A stretch of 64,000 nucleotides of DNA, taken from NCBI GenBank assembly GCA_965223705.1, contig OZ245015.1, positions 1,344,001 through 1,408,000 of the forward strand. The letters run 5' to 3'. The stretch's first letter is position 1. Every line of letters starts with the position of its first letter. The DNA is from Myxococcota bacterium (GTDB lineage Bacteria; Myxococcota_A; UBA9160; UBA6930). The notes under the pieces are model-generated. The model saw only the letters and a list, made by a program, of their open reading frames with translations. It had not been told where the DNA came from and did no database searches. A program made the translations under genes and the position numbers. Below are positions 62,340-64,000 of the stretch, in pieces.

Positions 62340-62403
62340 GCGGCGCAGGGTAGCTACAATGACCGGCCGCGTCTCCCGACGCGTGAGCCGTTTGAGGAGC
62401 AGG

Positions 62404-63609
62404 ATGAGCGACGAGAGTACGGAGAACGACGAATTTCGAGCCGAGCTGCGCGACTGGTTGGAATCGAACGCGCCGGATTCGCTCAAAGGGATGGGCAACA
62501 GTGTCCTCGAGGGTGTCTGGGGCGGCCGAACCCCGCACTTCCCGCATCCCGACCAGGAAGCATGGCTCGAGCGCGCCGTATCTCGCGGGCTCACCGCGCC
62601 GACTTGGCCGAAGGCCTACGGCGGTGCCGAATTCACGCCAGCGGAGAACAAGATCCTTCGCGAGGAGATCGCGCGCTTGGAAGTTCCGGCGCCCCTGATC
62701 GGCTTCGGGCTGACCATGATCGGCCCGACGCTGCTTCGATTCGGGACGGAAGCGCAAAAAGCCGAGCATCTGCCCAAGATCGTCCAGGGAAAGATCCGTT
62801 GGTGCCAGGGCTACTCGGAGCCCGGAGCGGGCTCGGATCTCGCCGCTCTGCAGACCCGCGCCGAAGACGACGGGGACCATTACATCATCAACGGGACGAA
62901 GGTGTGGACTTCGTATGCGGACAAATCCGATTGGATCTTCGCCTTGGTGCGCACGGACCCCGATGTCAAGAAACAAGAGGGGATCACGTTCCTCCTGATC
63001 GACATGCAGACCGAGGGCGTTTCCGTTTCGCCGATTCTCCTGATCAGCGGTGCATCGCCGTTCTGCGAGACGCATTTTCGGGACGTGCGCGTTCCGAAGG
63101 CGAACGTGATCACCGAGGAAAACAACGGTTGGACCGTCGCAAAAGCGTTGCTGCAGCACGAACGAACGATGATCGCCGACGCCTTCGGGCCCGCACAGGG
63201 ATCGTCGAAGTCCGCGACGTTACCCGACCTTGCGAGTCACTACGCGGCGGCGGGGCAGAAGGCAATGGATCCCGTCTTGCGCGATCAGATCGCCCAAAAC
63301 GGTATGGATACGCTCGCGTTCAAATACACGGTGCAACGCACGCGAGACGCGGCGCGAGCCGGTCATCAACCGGGGCCCGAGAGCTCGCTCTTCAAGGTTT
63401 ACGGGACAGAGCTCAACCAGCGCCGCTACGACCTCCTGATGCGAATCGCCGGACCACAGGCCCTGGGTTGGGAGGGGCCGGGCTTCGACGACGGTGAACT
63501 TTCCCGAACGCGCGAGTGGCTTCGATCTCGGGGTAATTCCATCGAGGGCGGAACTTCCGAAATTCAGCGCAACATCATCGCGAAACACGTCCTCGGACTT
63601 CCGGACTGA
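62404..63609 (+). CDS. Acyl-CoA dehydrogenase (PimC-like large subunit)
   Basis: [56 protein letters not shown] upstream. Confidence 0.92.
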   Translation: MSDESTENDEFRAELRDWLESNAPDSLKGMGNSVLEGVWGGRTPHFPHPDQEAWLERAVSRGLTAPTWPKAYGGAEFTPAENKILREEIARLEVPAPLIGFGLTMIGPTLLRFGTEAQKAEHLPKIVQGKIRWCQGYSEPGAGSDLAALQTRAEDDGDHYIINGTKVWTSYADKSDWIFALVRTDPDVKKQEGITFLLIDMQTEGVSVSPILLISGASPFCETHFRDVRVPKANVITEENNGWTVAKALLQHERTMIADAFGPAQGSSKSATLPDLASHYAAAGQKAMDPVLRDQIAQNGMDTLAFKYTVQRTRDAARAGHQPGPESSLFKVYGTELNQRRYDLLMRIAGPQALGWEGPGFDDGELSRTREWLRSRGNSIEGGTSEIQRNIIAKHVLGLPD

Positions 63610-63612
63610 AGC

Positions 63613-64000
63613 ATGCAACTCGTACTGACTGAAGACCAGGAACTGATCGCGAAGACCGCAGTCGACTTTGTCGCCGAACGCTCTCCCGTCTCCCGCATCC
63701 GCGAGCTGCGGGACACCGAGGACCCGTTGGGCTTTTCGCGTCCACTCTGGAAGGAGATGGCCGAACTCGGTTGGGTCGGCATCCCCATCGGCGAAGAGTT
63801 CGGCGGAGCGGGGATGGGCTTGTCGGAGCTCTCGATCGTGCTGGAAGCGCTCGGGCGGAACCTGGCGCCAGAGCCGTTTCTCGCAACGGTGCTGCTCGGA
63901 GCCGCAACCCTTTCCCGAGCGGGTACCGATAGCCAGCGTCGCCAGTGGTTGCCCGGAATTGCCGCGGGAGAGAAGATCGTGACGCTCGCGTTTCAAGAGG
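63613..64000 (+). CDS. Acyl-CoA dehydrogenase partner subunit (3' truncated by window edge)
   Basis: Read from sequence: MQLVLTEDQELI...LWKEMAELGW..GEEFGG.G...EALGRNLAPEPFL. Confidence 0.88.
   Translation, partial: MQLVLTEDQELIAKTAVDFVAERSPVSRIRELRDTEDPLGFSRPLWKEMAELGWVGIPIGEEFGGAGMGLSELSIVLEALGRNLAPEPFLATVLLGAATLSRAGTDSQRRQWLPGIAAGEKIVTLAFQE

Overview
GC-rich bacterial chromosomal segment. Gene content points to a Myxococcota/deltaproteobacterial-type organism (inference from two eukaryotic-like Ser/Thr kinases, a giant TPR protein, PilZ and DUF4388 proteins, and the pnp-dut order). It is mostly core genome. In order it carries: a TPR-kinase, lpxC, a ~2,600-aa TPR protein coupled to a PilZ gene, ntrY-ntrX-rimI-pyrK-pyrD, rimP-nusA-infB-DUF503-rbfA-truB-rpsO-pnp-dut-cdsA-purBSQLF, a PilZ-PilZ-DUF4388 protein, nadB, slt-pgsA-UDP-sugar dehydrogenase, a PerR-rubrerythrin-Fe-S oxidoreductase-DUF3501 cluster, tRNA-Gly(GCC), apaG, aat, paired acyl-CoA dehydrogenases, a kinase-lipoprotein pair, a FemAB-like GNAT divergent from clpS-clpA, a MATE transporter and ispH. 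I saw no CRISPR array, integrase, transposase or rRNA. The most interesting signals are mainly non-coding. (1) A sigma28-like motif, T(A/C)A(A/G)(G/C)-N14/15-(G/T)CCGAT, recurs in front of five non-flagellar signalling or envelope genes. (2) Seven genes have a TANNNT -10 box (GCTANNNT in five) 6-7 nt before the start codon, suggesting leaderless mRNAs; they include aat, clpS and the FemAB-like GNAT, which may form an extended N-degron module. (3) lpxC has a perfect sigma54 promoter with tandem upstream palindromes. (4) The MATE gene is in frame with ispH and has no canonical start codon before its first helix. (5) An internally deleted GFA gene remnant is coupled to a MOSC gene. All family assignments come from motif recognition by eye, not database searches.
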